A DNA stretch of 63,857 bases, counting the filler, from Phoronis australis (lineage: Eukaryota > Animalia > Phoronida), in the NCBI GenBank assembly GCA_002633005.1. It is 9 parts of 9 records of this genome, joined end to end, with 100 filler letters (N's around TTAATTAATTAA, not from the genome) between each part and the next. Parts side by side here need not be neighbours in the genome. Positions count along the whole stretch, not along the records: positions 1 to 27,124 come from NMRA01001273.1; positions 27,225 to 32,348 come from NMRA01002417.1; positions 32,449 to 38,016 come from NMRA01000009.1; 6 more parts are not named here. The stretch is one strand, 5' to 3'. Shown in pieces: positions 24,595-37,375 of this stretch. The notes beneath the pieces are model-generated. The model saw nothing but the letters and a program-made list of their open reading frames with translations, was not told the origin of the DNA and did no database searches. The stretch's first letter is position 1. Each line of letters begins with the position of its first letter. Both the position numbers and the translations under genes were made by a program.

Positions 24595-25540
24595 CATGTG
24601 GTGAACACATCCATTAGCACAATTAGAAACTGTAGGGACACTGCATTTATCCACCTTCACTCTTATCAGGCTTCTATCGTGAGTCAGCATGCGTGAATAA
24701 TTGGCTGATAAGCCACCTCTAGAACTACTTTTGGCTGAATGGATGACCAGGCCATAAAATGATAATTAGCCAAGACCAGTTTTATACTAATGCAACAAAG
24801 AATAATGTTGTAGCATCACCTAGCCTTGGTGGAAAGCTGTATATTGTATTGGCTCTAATAAACGCTTAGAAAAATTCATTTCACGGGGGATTCTTATTGT
24901 AGCCTACGGCAGTTGAAAGCCGGTTTCCCGGTAAAATCGGAAGCTCTAAGGATTCATAAAATTTACGCTCTGTGACGTATTTTTAGCCTATGACAGTCTT
25001 TCTACAAAATTGTGGTGCATTGCTTTGAACTTCCGTTGTTATATTACAATAATTTTTTAAAAAATTGTGCTCATCACAGGGCGAAAACTTGCCGACTGCG
25101 TCCCTGAATCGCCATCGTCAATAAGAAAACTTGAACTCTTGAACAAAAATATAGTTTCGACTCAACAAATTACCTGTAATCTTCGATGTTCTACAATTTT
25201 TAAAGTTCATGTGGAGTTCAGGTTAATTGCGATTAAGTGCAAATCTGCGCTACATCGTACCCTACAACACGAGAAAAATCTCTGGATGAACACACATGTT
25301 GTTGTCACGTGACGTTTGTTTTGAAGTTCGTCTGCGTATGAGAGTGAGTGCCGGAGCGTGCGTGTGTGGGTCATCGACGATAGACTTTTTTGTTACAAAA
25401 GGCGGAGGATTATGCAGGAAAATGGCGTTTACTAGATTGTTTTTTCATTTAAACGGCTGCAACGTGCAAGGTGAGTGCTGGTTAACTCCAGATTTTGTGT
25501 GCACAGGCCGACGGTCGTTAGCTCTACCGTGGAGTATTAT
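24595..25540 (+). mobile_element. CATG-family element, copy 3 (3'-truncated)
   Basis: Colinear with copies 1 and 2 up to ccgtggagtatta, then unrelated sequence. Confidence 0.75.
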
Positions 25541-27124
25541 AGTATCAGTCCACGGATCCACCGACCACTGTACAGCCAACAAGAGGCAAGGTGGGGGGTC
25601 AGTCATTCAGATCCATGTTTAGTCTGATAAATCACATTAGGGATGAGAGAAAATGGGTGAAGTATGACACCACAAAGTTTGGTGGTTTAGGAGATACAAG
25701 CGAAGTGTTCTGGGGGGCAAAATGAGGCAATTTCTTGGTGTGGAATGAGTCATTCTTTGACCAAATTTTCTACTCCAGTTTCTGCTTCAAACAGAATCGT
25801 TTCTGAACAATTTTGATATCACATGATAGGTTCATGACCAATGTCAGTAAAAACGGCATCGACACTGCAATATCGGTTACCATATGGTAACACTGGAACT
25901 GTTTCCGTGGACTCGCATTTCCGTCTTGTGAAAAACCAGCAATAAGTTGTACCCTTTTAGCGAAGCTGCCCCCGCGAGAAAACTAAAAATAATAACATGG
26001 GCATGTAGAAGACTCCATGCCCTTGAAATTAATACAATAAAAACTTTGTCAGCCCTTCAGGCAGGCTTGGTACTAGGTGTCTGAATTTCACTATTTTCAG
26101 ACCGCGTATGTGTATTTGTCATGTTAAACCAGTCACTATAGTTGTGCGCCGTTTCTACGCATTAATTTGCCGTGGTATGACACAACAATTAAAACAATTG
26201 GTTTGCTTAAATGTTTTGAATTAATTTTAAGGACACTAGCATTTCCAAATAAAATATGAAATTATACTAAATTTGTTCATCCAACTCGTCTGAATACCAA
26301 ACTAAAGCTTACAATGCGTTAGTTGAATGATGGTTGACCTAAAGTGCGGGTTTGCGAATTTATCTATTTATCTGGCACTGCCAGTCGCATCAAATGTGGT
26401 ATTTCCACAAATTGCGGAGAGAAAGAACTTTGGAAACTCTTGGGAAATGCCCAAGGTATAGAGCAAGACATTTGAGCACCTTATAAGAGTACGTGGAGCT
26501 GATGTGGAGGTGGAACGTGTCCTCCTGAGAAGTAGTCTGTCTCAGTGCTTGCCTCGGAAGCAGGTGTGCAGGAGCTATACATAATCTACCGTATTAGATT
26601 CACTTAACCGAATCATCGTTACAACACTCGAGATATATTGGCGTTGCCAAAGACACTGAGAACATCCACTGCACACTAAAGGAGAAATCTGATAGAGGTC
26701 TGAAAAATGACCAAAAACGTTAAGTCAAGGTTAAACGTCCAGCTTCGTGTGAGCTCAGGTAGGAATCACTAAACTCCAGGGTCCGACCCTGAGGAATATT
26801 TTTAGAAGCGCATCATTCATGCAAAAATACTTTTATTGACACACCGTGATTGCTTATAACTTGGGCCTTATTGCTCTTATTCAAATGTGTTGATGTTTAT
26901 GCAACTACATTGGCATAGAAAATAGGTAGTCATCATAACTTTTTATAACAACCACCAAATGTGTAATGTAACTTCTGCCTATGAACTACTTTTAGAGACT
27001 AGGGAGTATGTTATGTCTACCAATGATTTTCTGCGATTATGAAGTTATTTAAACATGCTAAAGCCGTCACTTTAGCTTGGTATTCATATTTTCTGAGCCG
27101 AAATGGCCACATAAAATTTAATAT

Positions 27125-27224
27125 NNNNNNNNNNNNNNNNNNNNNNNNNNNNNNNNNNNNNNNNNNNNTTAATTAATTAANNNNNNNNNNNNNNNNNNNN
27201 NNNNNNNNNNNNNNNNNNNNNNNN
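27125..27224. other. Artificial contig linker (44N-TTAATTAATTAA-44N); also at 32349-32448, 38017-38116, 44639-44738, 48382-48481, 50860-50959, 57590-57689, 61393-61492
   Basis: The identical 100-bp spacer occurs eight times, and its 12-mer gives stops in all six frames. Confidence 0.97.
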
Positions 27225-27621
27225 TTATTGTGGCGGCTAACTTCTCATTTCCCAATGGCTTGGCCACTTTACGTACTTGTATTCTTTTAATTGTCGGTCA
27301 TCAAGGGAGACAACACTGACAGTGAATTCTGCTTCCACTCAGTGGTTATAATGGAGAATTCAGAGACATTTTGTTTAAATACTGTAGATGTGTATTGCAC
27401 TTGCTTGCTTTTAACCCATCTTGCACCAAAAACCTAACTTTTGATTTATACCACTTACCAATGTTATGATATTGATTTCAACCTTTTAATCCTAAGCTCA
27501 AATAAGAGTTTCTTGGAAACATCAGACAGTGACTGTTGGATGAGACTACTGAAGATGATCAAGTAACACACTGTTCATTGCAATCATAGAATATGTTCTT
27601 TTCATTTGAGTTGATTAAACA

Positions 27622-27741
27622 TATTGAGATATAGGTCATACTGAGATATAGGTTATAGTGAGATATAGGTCATATCGAGATATAGGTCATATTGAGATAT
27701 AGGTCATATCGAGATATAGGTCATATTGAGATATAGGTCAA
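27622..27741. repeat. 17-bp tandem repeat (attgagatataggtcat) x~7
   Basis: Read directly from the sequence. Confidence 0.85.
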
Positions 27742-27874
27742 TAGCTGGTATAAATCATGAGTCATTTGGTGGATTATTTGATTTATTGCAAAGTCTTTTG
27801 GTGTTTACTTTTATCACTGATTACTGCGTTTAGATCACATGTGCACAAGTACAAATTAGACTTCCGTTTAAACA

Positions 27875-28976
27875 TTGTTATGCGCCCATATATTTATATA
27901 TTTATATTTATATTTTGCCAAGTATGTTGCTCTGTCAGTAAGTTTTTTTTGTTTGTTCGCACGATACAGGTCGCAATTTTCGTTTGATCATCACGAAATT
28001 TACACAAAACACGTAGTTTTGGAAGTACTGGAAGCCTTTTGTTTTTCGTCATAATCGTATCCAAGAAGGCGGATGTGGTGGCCATTTTGTTTTCATTTTA
28101 AGATTCAAATGCTTTTGGAGGCTACAATTTTTTTACCTACAGGGCTGGAAATCAGCACAATTATTGAACCGGAAGTGCGCTGCAAGTATACCGGAAATTG
28201 TTCATATCCGGTTAAAGATGGCGGAAATATTGGCACTTGCGCATGTGCACCTCGATTTCGGGAAAAAACGTTTTCTCCTATAGAGGGCGCATTATAGGAC
28301 CAATTGTTTGACATTTTTCAGGTATTAGTTTCTTATGACATGCTATTATTCGTAGCTGAAAAATCGGAAGTTGCTTTCAAGATGGCAGATCTGGCGCATG
28401 TTGACCCATTTTCAGTCGTGCTGGAGTGCCATTTTAAACAGGAAGAGAGTATGACATGAATTTTTGCATGTGGATTTTTTGAGGTATACCCTTTCAAATG
28501 AACTTTCTCAGGCTTACCGTTTTCGAGTTATTTGACTTTGAATTTCTTAAATTTCATTTTTTTTTGAAAAATTTACGGAATTGTGTGATACTATTAATTT
28601 AGATAGAGTTATGAACAGGCTTTCATTTTTCGCTAGGACGAATTATTCGAGATTTTCTGATAGCGCTATTCCTGTGGTGAGCGCTCTTACTGCATTGATG
28701 TTGGTTTAGCTTCTTTTGAACAAGACTGTAGCTTATTTCTTAGTAATTTGTGACATCTAAGTTCGTCGTATGGATGTTATGATGTTGTTCATCATCGCCA
28801 CCACCATCATCATAATCATAATTTTCGTCATCATTTCCGTCGTCGTCTTTTTTTCAGCTTCTGTTTCTTCAATTGTTTCTTGGCGGATTTGCATGAAATG
28901 TTTTTAATAGCTTTCTTATTTCTCTCATTTGCGGTGCATTCACGGGCGCATTACAACGCTCCAAGTTGCTATTGTT
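27875..28976 (+). mobile_element. Probable non-autonomous Helentron-associated (HINE/DINE-like) element
   Basis: Sub-terminal inverted repeat ttgttatgcgccc (27875) / gggcgcattacaa (28944), with a short tail ending in a T-run, an internal (cat/cgt)n simple repeat and no ORF. Confidence 0.45.
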
Positions 28977-30116
28977 TAATGTTGAGCACTTACCATGATT
29001 ATGGAAATATAAAACTGGTTCTAACTTGTTGCTCACTCAGATTATAGGTGATTTGTGACCTTGGCAAGAAAATAATGTTCATTATAGTGACAGGCACTGC
29101 AGGTTGACATGCCAGTTTGATTCATTTGATGATGCACTACCCGTTGTTATGAGGCACTACCCGTTGTCATGTGGGACAGTGGATGTTTCACATTATATGT
29201 GGGACACTTGATGTTGCACATTCAGCACTTGAAGTTTGCATGACACTTGTTTGATTACTGCATGTCGTGGTGCACTGGTGATGCAATATGGCCCTGTATT
29301 GTTCTGTTGATTTTGTCTCAGAGTAGACATGAAATTTTACATAGGGTAAAATCTCACTCATTTCAAACAACAGTAATTGCCAATGAATGAAAGATATCGT
29401 TTTTTCATTTTTGAGGGCTTGTAACACTGTTGGAATTGCCTGCAGTTCCTAAACTTTGTCTCATTGCAGCTGTGCTACTAACTGTGCATGTAGACGTTCA
29501 TTCACATTGTTGCTGCGTATTGTTTCATGGAAAAAACTGTTGTGATTTGACAGAACCTGAGCAGAAGCTTTTGGACTTAATATTTAAAGCCGTTGCTCTG
29601 TTTAGCTGGCCTTTTGTTTTCAATGAAGTTTGTCTCATAAATATTCTTTGCTGTGATAGAATTCTATTTCGGGTTACTATCAACTGAAGAGCATCAAAAC
29701 CATCAGCGAAAACATTTAAAGTTTATTAAGCGTTCGCCAACCCTAAAATTGTGATTTGGGAACAGGAAATTGTGGCTGGACTCATTGCCTTTGACTTGAG
29801 TTGGTGACTTGTTCAACAATGTTGGGTGAGTGTGGTAATGTTTCGGTTAAAAATTCAACGTTGACATCGAAACAGCGTCGAAGTGCAGCTTTAAGACAAA
29901 GCTGGCATTTTTTCAAATTGTATTTGATGAATTGTACTTAATCTTTGGAAAATTTGTCTGGTGGTGACACCTAGTGTTAAGTCATCAGATGTCATTAAAA
30001 GTAACATTGTCACTTGTATTGTGTCAGCTGATGTAGATAAGAACATCAGATGTGGCATTGTAGTGACAGTGCACTGTATTAACACTCCTCCACTGTTATA
30101 GTACCCCTCATTACAG

Positions 30117-31474
30117 ATGCTTGGTACAGCGGATTCCAAGCCCACATTTTTGTCTGACAAAGCCTTGGAACCAGCGATGAAGGCAGTACTGCGCAAGTTT
30201 CCCAATATTGACACAAAGTCCAACAGTGTAAGTGAATTTATGACATCACTGTGACAGCTATTCAAGGCTGATGTGTGCAGGTGTGTGAGTATATGACATG
30301 GCTATGACCAGCTATTGAAGGCTGGTGTATGGATGTGTGTGAGTGAAAGTTTATAGCAGCTGGGCTCAATAGGAATACTGTATAGAGTGATAGAATGCTT
30401 GTCAATCATTGTGGGATCTGGGTTCAATGCCCACTTGACCACTTTGGTTGATGCTGGAGTCAGCATTCTTGTTCTGCCTCAGAATCATGTAATTTGTGCA
30501 TAAAACTTTCATGGTGGCTGTAAGCAACTGTTTAATTCATTGTTAAGTTCAATGAGTGAATTAGACAGTTCAAGACTATCGGACACAATTGGACAGTCCA
30601 AGACTATCAGCCACTAGTAGACAGTTCAAGACTGTCAGACACAATTAAACAGTTTAAGACTATCAGACACCATTAGACAGTTCTAGACTATCAGAAACAA
30701 TTGGAATACTTCACTGATCATATGATTCCGTAACCTTATATTATCCCTGGAAGGTGTATCATATCTGTGCATGTGTAAACCTGAATATCACCAGTGAAGG
30801 AATTTTGATCAACACATGAGTAACAAGTCACGAAAACATTTCAAAAGTCCTATGCGACATCCTAAGTCTACTTGCTGGTGTATTGTTAACTCGCCTGTTA
30901 TCATGGCTAGCTCGATGTATTGCATTCTCCCTTTGTAGAGTCACGTGACTCTGCTTTGATTGAAGTTGGCTCATGTGCAGATATGAATGTAGTTTTGTAG
31001 CAGTCATTTGTTAATACAAACTTTATTAAAAACGCAACTGTATTTTGTGGTAGATAGCTTCACAGACACTCGCTCATATTCTTTTTACAGTTATATAATA
31101 CACCTCCAGGAGATATTTTGAGGCTACGGAAATAGCCAAGTAGTTGGGAGTGTATCAGACACTGAACACAGTTTTTGCTTTTTAGGTCATGAATTTTTAA
31201 TTGTTAACCAAATTGGTGATTTTTAGCTAAATCGGTTATTGGAGTCATCATTGCCTTATGTTTCTACACATGAGCCCTGACGTACGTGATTTATATTATA
31301 TTATATTATATTATATTATTTCAGAGTGCATTCACACCAGTAACACAGTTCAAGGTGGAAATAATCAAATCCCTCTCGCTCTACTATGACACGTTTGTGG
31401 ACATCCTAGATTTCAAGGATCATACTAGTGAACTGTTGACCACTATGGATGCATGCAGCGTTCAGTTTGACATT
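30117..31474 (+). CDS. NCKAP1: NCKAP1/Hem (WAVE complex Nap1), two internal exons (30117-30227 and 31325-31474); gene incomplete on this contig
   Basis: AG/GT-bounded phase-0 exons encode MLGTADSKPTFLSDKALEPAMKAVLRKFPNIDTKSNS and SAFTPVTQFKVEIIKSLSLYYDTFVDILDFKDHTSELLTTMDACSVQFDI, matching the Nap1/Hem N-terminus. Confidence 0.88.
30560..30710. repeat. ~28-bp intronic tandem repeat (ttagacagttcaagactatcagacacaa)
   Basis: About 5 imperfect copies. Confidence 0.75.
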
Positions 31475-32448
31475 GTAAGTCACACACAATATGCCAACCT
31501 CTATCTCCTTTGACATTGTAAGTCACTTACAATATGCCAACCTCCATCTCCTCGTATTTCCAACTCTCTTCATTCAGTGCAAAACTGGTTGTCTGTGAAA
31601 TGGACAAAATTTCTATACGTGTATGTTCGTCTTTCTCTACCACCTGTGTTTTACGTCAATTCTTTCCTCAAAAACTTGTTTTTTGTGGAGTTCAGGTAAG
31701 AGTATTATTAACAGCCCTTAATACTGCAGTTGTCATGGTTACCATCCAGAGCGCTGAAATTTGATAGTAAAAAATCAAGGCTTGTGTCCAGCTGATGGAA
31801 GGCACTTGGAAACAAAAACTGAAAAGTCAAGGGTGGGTACTTAAGAGAATAGTTGATCAAGTTAGTGCCCAGAGAGACACATTTGATGTTGGACTTTACA
31901 AGCAAGAGTGAAACAGCAGTGGATTGTAGACAATACTGTAAGCTGCTTATGTCTTGATTGGAGTGATGGCACCTAGTAGTTGAATAACGTGACATAGCTG
32001 CTTATTTATGCTTCATGCCTTTTAAATTATCCATTGCAAACGTTACCACTGCATAAAGTGAGCTCCATGGCCAGGCAATGCTTATGTAAACGCTTTCACT
32101 GTATTAGCACATGTATACAATAATTAGAATGCACTTGAACCAAAAGAACCATTTCATATCTCCTTCAGTAAAGAGCAGGAAAGTAGGAGTGATTAAGACA
32201 AGGGCCAAGTGATACTGACTGATTGTTGATCAAAGTTAAGTGAGTTGTAAAAATATGATGAGATGAATGTTCACAAAGGCACAGGTACTTATGAGGAGGT
32301 GTTGGTCATATAATTAGTGGGTATATAGGGGCGGATCCAGGATTTTGANNNNNNNNNNNNNNNNNNNNNNNNNNNNNNNNNNNNNNNNNNNNTTAATTAA
32401 TTAANNNNNNNNNNNNNNNNNNNNNNNNNNNNNNNNNNNNNNNNNNNN

Positions 32449-32982
32449 ATTACATAACTCACACAACCTGTTTTCATAGGGAATATTTGTGTGGCGACCT
32501 CTTTCCACTAGTAACGAATGATTTGAACATCGCAATCGAGTCAGAGACTGGATAAAAACACGTGGGATACCAACCATTTCTAGATAATTCTCAAGATGAT
32601 ACATTGTTTTGTACCCCACATAGTAAGGCAGTTTTGCGTTACATTCGATATCAGATTGCCAACCTTGCAAATAACAGTCGTTGACACGTTGAGAAAAAAC
32701 AGTCAAGAAATACGCTTGATTTACCACACCCTGATTAATCCATACTTCTGAAAAACCATACACAGACAGAAGTTTCCTTACAAAACTTGCCCAATTATAG
32801 GAGGATCTTCCGATCAGGTCTGACTGAAAAAGCATATCATATGCAGCTTTTACCCCACGATTACTAGGCATCTCCAGTATTTTGAACCAGTATTTTATAC
32901 AAGAAACAAAATATTTAGTAGACAATGGGAATCGACCACATTCTCCCATAATTGCCGAGTTTGAACAACAACTGCAATTCAT
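32449..32982 (-). mobile_element. Non-LTR retrotransposon ORF2 C-terminal fragment (RTEX/L2-like)
   Basis: AIMGECGRFPL, IKYWFKIL, NWAS..LL..YGF..VW.NQ and LTRLRCSNHSLLVERGRH..IPYENRLCELC are typical post-RT region motifs. The fragment is cut by a linker. Confidence 0.75.
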
Positions 32983-34289
32983 AAATTGTCCTTCATCAGT
33001 CCTCTAAAATGATGTTCTGTCAAATCACTATTAAGTTAGAGTGTATAAAACTGACGTTAAAAACCCTTCCCGCGGCTTGCGAAATCCAGAAAAGTACGTA
33101 CGGCAAACTACATCACCAGGCAGTGATGAGTAGATGGTACTATAGGCGTCAGAAACTGGTAAAGTTTCGTCTATTTACAAGAGTGAAAACGAGGCCTAGG
33201 ACCAAGATCCACTTTACTATGGTCCTCTTTGTGGAACCGTTCATTTTACTAGGGTTATGCATAGAGGGGGCCCTTGATATACTGCCTAGGGAGCTTGTAC
33301 CCGAGTTTCAAGCGGCTGTCCGGTGTGTAGGCTGACAGATGATATTCAAGTACCCGAATTTCAGCATTATACTGAACGTCAGAATCAACTGAAACACCAG
33401 TTTCTTATAGTAATATTTCAGATTACAGAAAATTAACCTGGTGCACTTTGCTGACATAGTTTTCAGAATTTCAACCTGCAGTCAAAGACAAGTACTTGTA
33501 TTTTTTCTAGCAGTGTTGTACCTTATACCTTGTAATCTGAAATATTACAATAAGAAACTGGTGTTTTCAGAATTTCAACCTGCAGTCAAAGATAAGTAGT
33601 TGTATTTTTTCTAGCAGTGTTACCCAACTGTATTTTCATTTTGCCTCCCTACGAATTTGTTCACGTTTTGCTCTGCAGAAAAACAAAAAAAGATAATAGA
33701 ATAGGACAACTCCCACGCATGAAATTTCGCAACCATTGCCGTTTTTTAAATTGTATTACCTGAAGACAATACATTAAATAAAAATTAAACGTTAATACGC
33801 ACTGATTTTCACCAAATGACAGTAATGGATACATACCGATAATTATGAAAATAACGTACACATACTTATATAATTATACAACTGTAATTAGTTTAATGAT
33901 TTATGTTGAAATATAGGTAGTGATTTGATCTAGGGAAGATACTTCACTCTGATCGTGCCTCGACCTAATCACTACCCATTATTTCAACATACGTGTAACG
34001 TAATGTTATACATACATACAATATTCATACACACACTTTGTACTTTGTATACAAAAACATTAAGATAGTAAGCTGCATACATGTACGCGTGTTCAAGTGT
34101 CTTTGCTAATCTTATCGTTTTCATGAAAATGTGAGTAAAATATAATATTCTTTGACAATTGCTAAAGCTGAGAAATGCATATTTCGCGGTTAGCATACTT
34201 TATTGTTTTTTACAGAGCAAATTTGCAAATTTTTAAAAGAGATCCCTGGAAACGGCCATTACCGATTATTTCGTTGCAACACAAACATC

Positions 34290-34451
34290 TAATACAATAC
34301 AACACAATACAACACAATACAATACAATACAATACAATACAATAATGGTACAGCAGACAAGTAGCCCAGAGAACGAATGATTATATCCATCATGATGTAC
34401 CTACAAATATATATCGGTATACACACGCACTCACACACATGTATGCATATA

Positions 34452-34482
<31 letters not shown>
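34290..34482. repeat. Microsatellites (AATAC)n and (TA)n
   Basis: Read directly from the sequence. Confidence 0.85.
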
Positions 34483-35561
34483 GCGATAAAGTATTTAACT
34501 AGAAATATAATAATAACCAATTACAGAAAATAACTAAAGCAAAAGAGAATCATACGGAATTAATGGACTAACACGTTACACTAAAAACCAAAAAAGTTCA
34601 GCATAACGTAGAAATTAAAACAGCTGTTTACTGACTATGACATTTAAGAGTGAAATCACTAAGGTTTTAGAGAAATGAAACATTACACCTATAATATAAT
34701 TTCTGGCAACCTTACAATAAAAAGTGATTTTTCCATACGTATTACTAAGGTTATCAAATTGAGACCATATATGAATATTCGATTGGAGAGGTTCACGCTA
34801 GTCCGTGAGTGCAAGTCTTCGTACTCTGTTGCCGCTGATATCGTAATGCACAAAGTTCGCGTAGACTAGTCAGGGATGCTCCAGCCAACATCAAAACCAT
34901 TGCAATTAGAACGAGAAAATTTCTATGCAACATTTGAGGAGTCGCAGGTTTTGATGTCGTTCACTTTAGAACTCTTGACTTGCTAGTATAAAGAAATCAA
35001 TGACAATCGTATTATTGTTGACCATTCGTGTATCTTCAACTCAAAATTGATACTTAGGCTAACACGTTCTTTTACATGTGTGTTAAGGCTACCCTTACTA
35101 CATGTATACTGTATACGTATTTATTCCATGTAAAGCGGGTTAACGCACGGTTACATGCGATATTCTATCTGTTGCATGCTCATGATGGTTCATAGAGAAT
35201 GCTACTTTCCAGCGTTTCAAATACACGCTGTCCTGGGGCCACTGGACTTGCGGCCGGGCCAGTGATTTTTAAATGTGAACTTGGCACACGCGCCAGCAAA
35301 TTTTCAGACTAGCTGACCGTCCACGCCAGCACCTTTATTTGCTAAAGCATGAGTGGCGCACAAACTGAAAAAAGTGGGGGGCTAAGTCTTCAGCCCCTCT
35401 GTGGTGAACCGTATATAGATCATGGGCGGCGCAGCACTGAAAAAATAGGGGGGTATAGCCCCCCCTCATCCCCCCATGGTGTGCCGCCCGTATGGAGTCG
35501 GAACACTGCTACTATCCTCATACTTGAACACACTACACGGGTTACTTCTCAGTTACTGATT

Positions 35562-37375
35562 TCACAGTCGCGTCGAACAGGTTTCTCCGTTTCCTAACGA
35601 GCTTGTTGACTTGGAAGCAGATTTTGATGAAAATGTTTGGTTAGACAGGCCAGTTGTTTTTCCTAATCCTAATGCATTCAAGACGCGACGTGTACAAACA
35701 AACGCGACAAAGATGAATAAGCCTTGGGTCGCATTCAGCACTGTAAAAATATACCAGACAACCTCATTGTTTGCTGCCATGGCAATGAATCCGAAAATCC
35801 ACGTCATTCCTAAGAGGATGAACAATTTCAAATACACTTTGAACTCTAACTTTGTAGAAATTTTTTTGGAGCTTGCAATATTCTTGGATATTTNACAGGG
35901 CCAAGCCCTTTGGATGAAAATAGCGATTTCACGAGAGATGTCAAGTTTTCGTACATCGTTGCTTTATGTTTTTTCTGTGAAAGGCAGTTGTTTTTGTTTA
36001 TTCGCTGCATGAACGTTATGTCCAGAAGAATCTGATTGGTTGAGTAATTACTTCCAAATAAGTGATTTTCCACGCTTAGTTTGAAGCTGGGTTTCGAGTT
36101 TATGTCAAACAACTTCTCCAGGCCTTTCACAATAAAGGGCATGGTTCCCCTCGTAAATCTTTTACTTCCTATTTCCGTATCGACGCCGTTGCCGTGAGAT
36201 GGAATATACTGTATGTTTATTTGCACGGACGATAGTGCATAGTGAGGAACACACTCTCCGTTTTGCAAGATATAGTCTTTTTGACAGCTTGAAAACCTGC
36301 ATTCCGTGAGATTAATCGAATCACACTCGGCTATGGAGGCGGTGCTGTCTTTTGTTCTCAAACCTAAAGATTCGGACAAATCGACATGAATTTTTCCAAT
36401 ATTATTCACATCAAGAAGTAGTGAGAATGAAAATTTCCACAGGATAGGTTTAGACGGCTTTGGAATAACAGAGTGTTCTGGCGACGCTGTGGCACTGCAA
36501 GTCATGCCAGCTACGTTTTGCGGGTCATTGCAAAGTGCACAGTAGTAATTTTTGTAGTATCTTTCATTAATCTTCACGAACAATGATGGCGAAGATCGAC
36601 AGAGTTTTACCAACTCATTTGACTTGCAGCCACGAGGACAATCACGGACAACTTTTGAATGACAGTAACGGTATGAGCCGTCTGGATCTTCCATGGTCAA
36701 ATTGCAAAGAGGGTCATTCAAGCGATGCAGAAATTCTTTAAGACTGCTTTCAGTAGCACTTTCAGACTTTTCATAACACGTGAGATTAAATTTCCAAAAC
36801 AGCACATTCTTAACTCCGTGGCACTGAGCACAAAAGAGATTTCTGTATTGTATTCCGGTTACATTGTCTCTCACTGGAATTCTGCTCACCACAGATTCGT
36901 CAGTGTTCAAACAAGCTCTAGCAATCTTGTCATCTTGGAAGTCATTTGGGCAGTTGTTCACCATGAGTGTAGAGTAAATCTTTGAAGAGGTTACCACTTC
37001 AAAGCATTCCGTTGGAATAACGTCTTTCGCACGATCTGGACAATTGGTCAAGAAATCTAGACAACAATCGCCATACCCGATGCACAAAGAGTCACATGAG
37101 CACAATGGAATGCGGTGTGATGGTGCACCTGGTTTAAACGGTTTTGCTCCTTTTTTAGATCCTTTTCCACCTGGTTGTTGAACAGCTGAGCCGCATAAAT
37201 CAGCCCGACATGTAAGAAACGGCAAATCTTTCAAACATTTTGTTGTCCGAGAAGTATAATGTTCAACATCATAAGCAGTTTTGTTGCCGCAACCATATAA
37301 TGAGGGAAGTTCCGGTTTTATCCAAACAAACACACTAGCTAAAATAACACATTGAAGTAGGAATGGCGTGCACAT
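35562..37375 (-). CDS. SMB-domain, Cys-rich secretin/adhesion(Methuselah)-like GPCR; TM1-5 region missing at N35894
   Basis: Signal-like MCTPFLLQCVILASVF, SMB-like CSCDSLCIGYGDCCLDF and two YxNxxCAxC repeats. After the N a different frame gives TM6-7 (LKLFILLGMTWIFGF..WYIFTVLNATQGLFIFVAF), which is the family-B signature. Confidence 0.75.

Noticed and set aside
29676-29730. Hammerhead-like CTGAAGAG...CGAAA
   Set aside because: Stem II is only 2 bp and stems I and III do not pair convincingly. Similar partial cores at ~8828 and ~58202 also fail.
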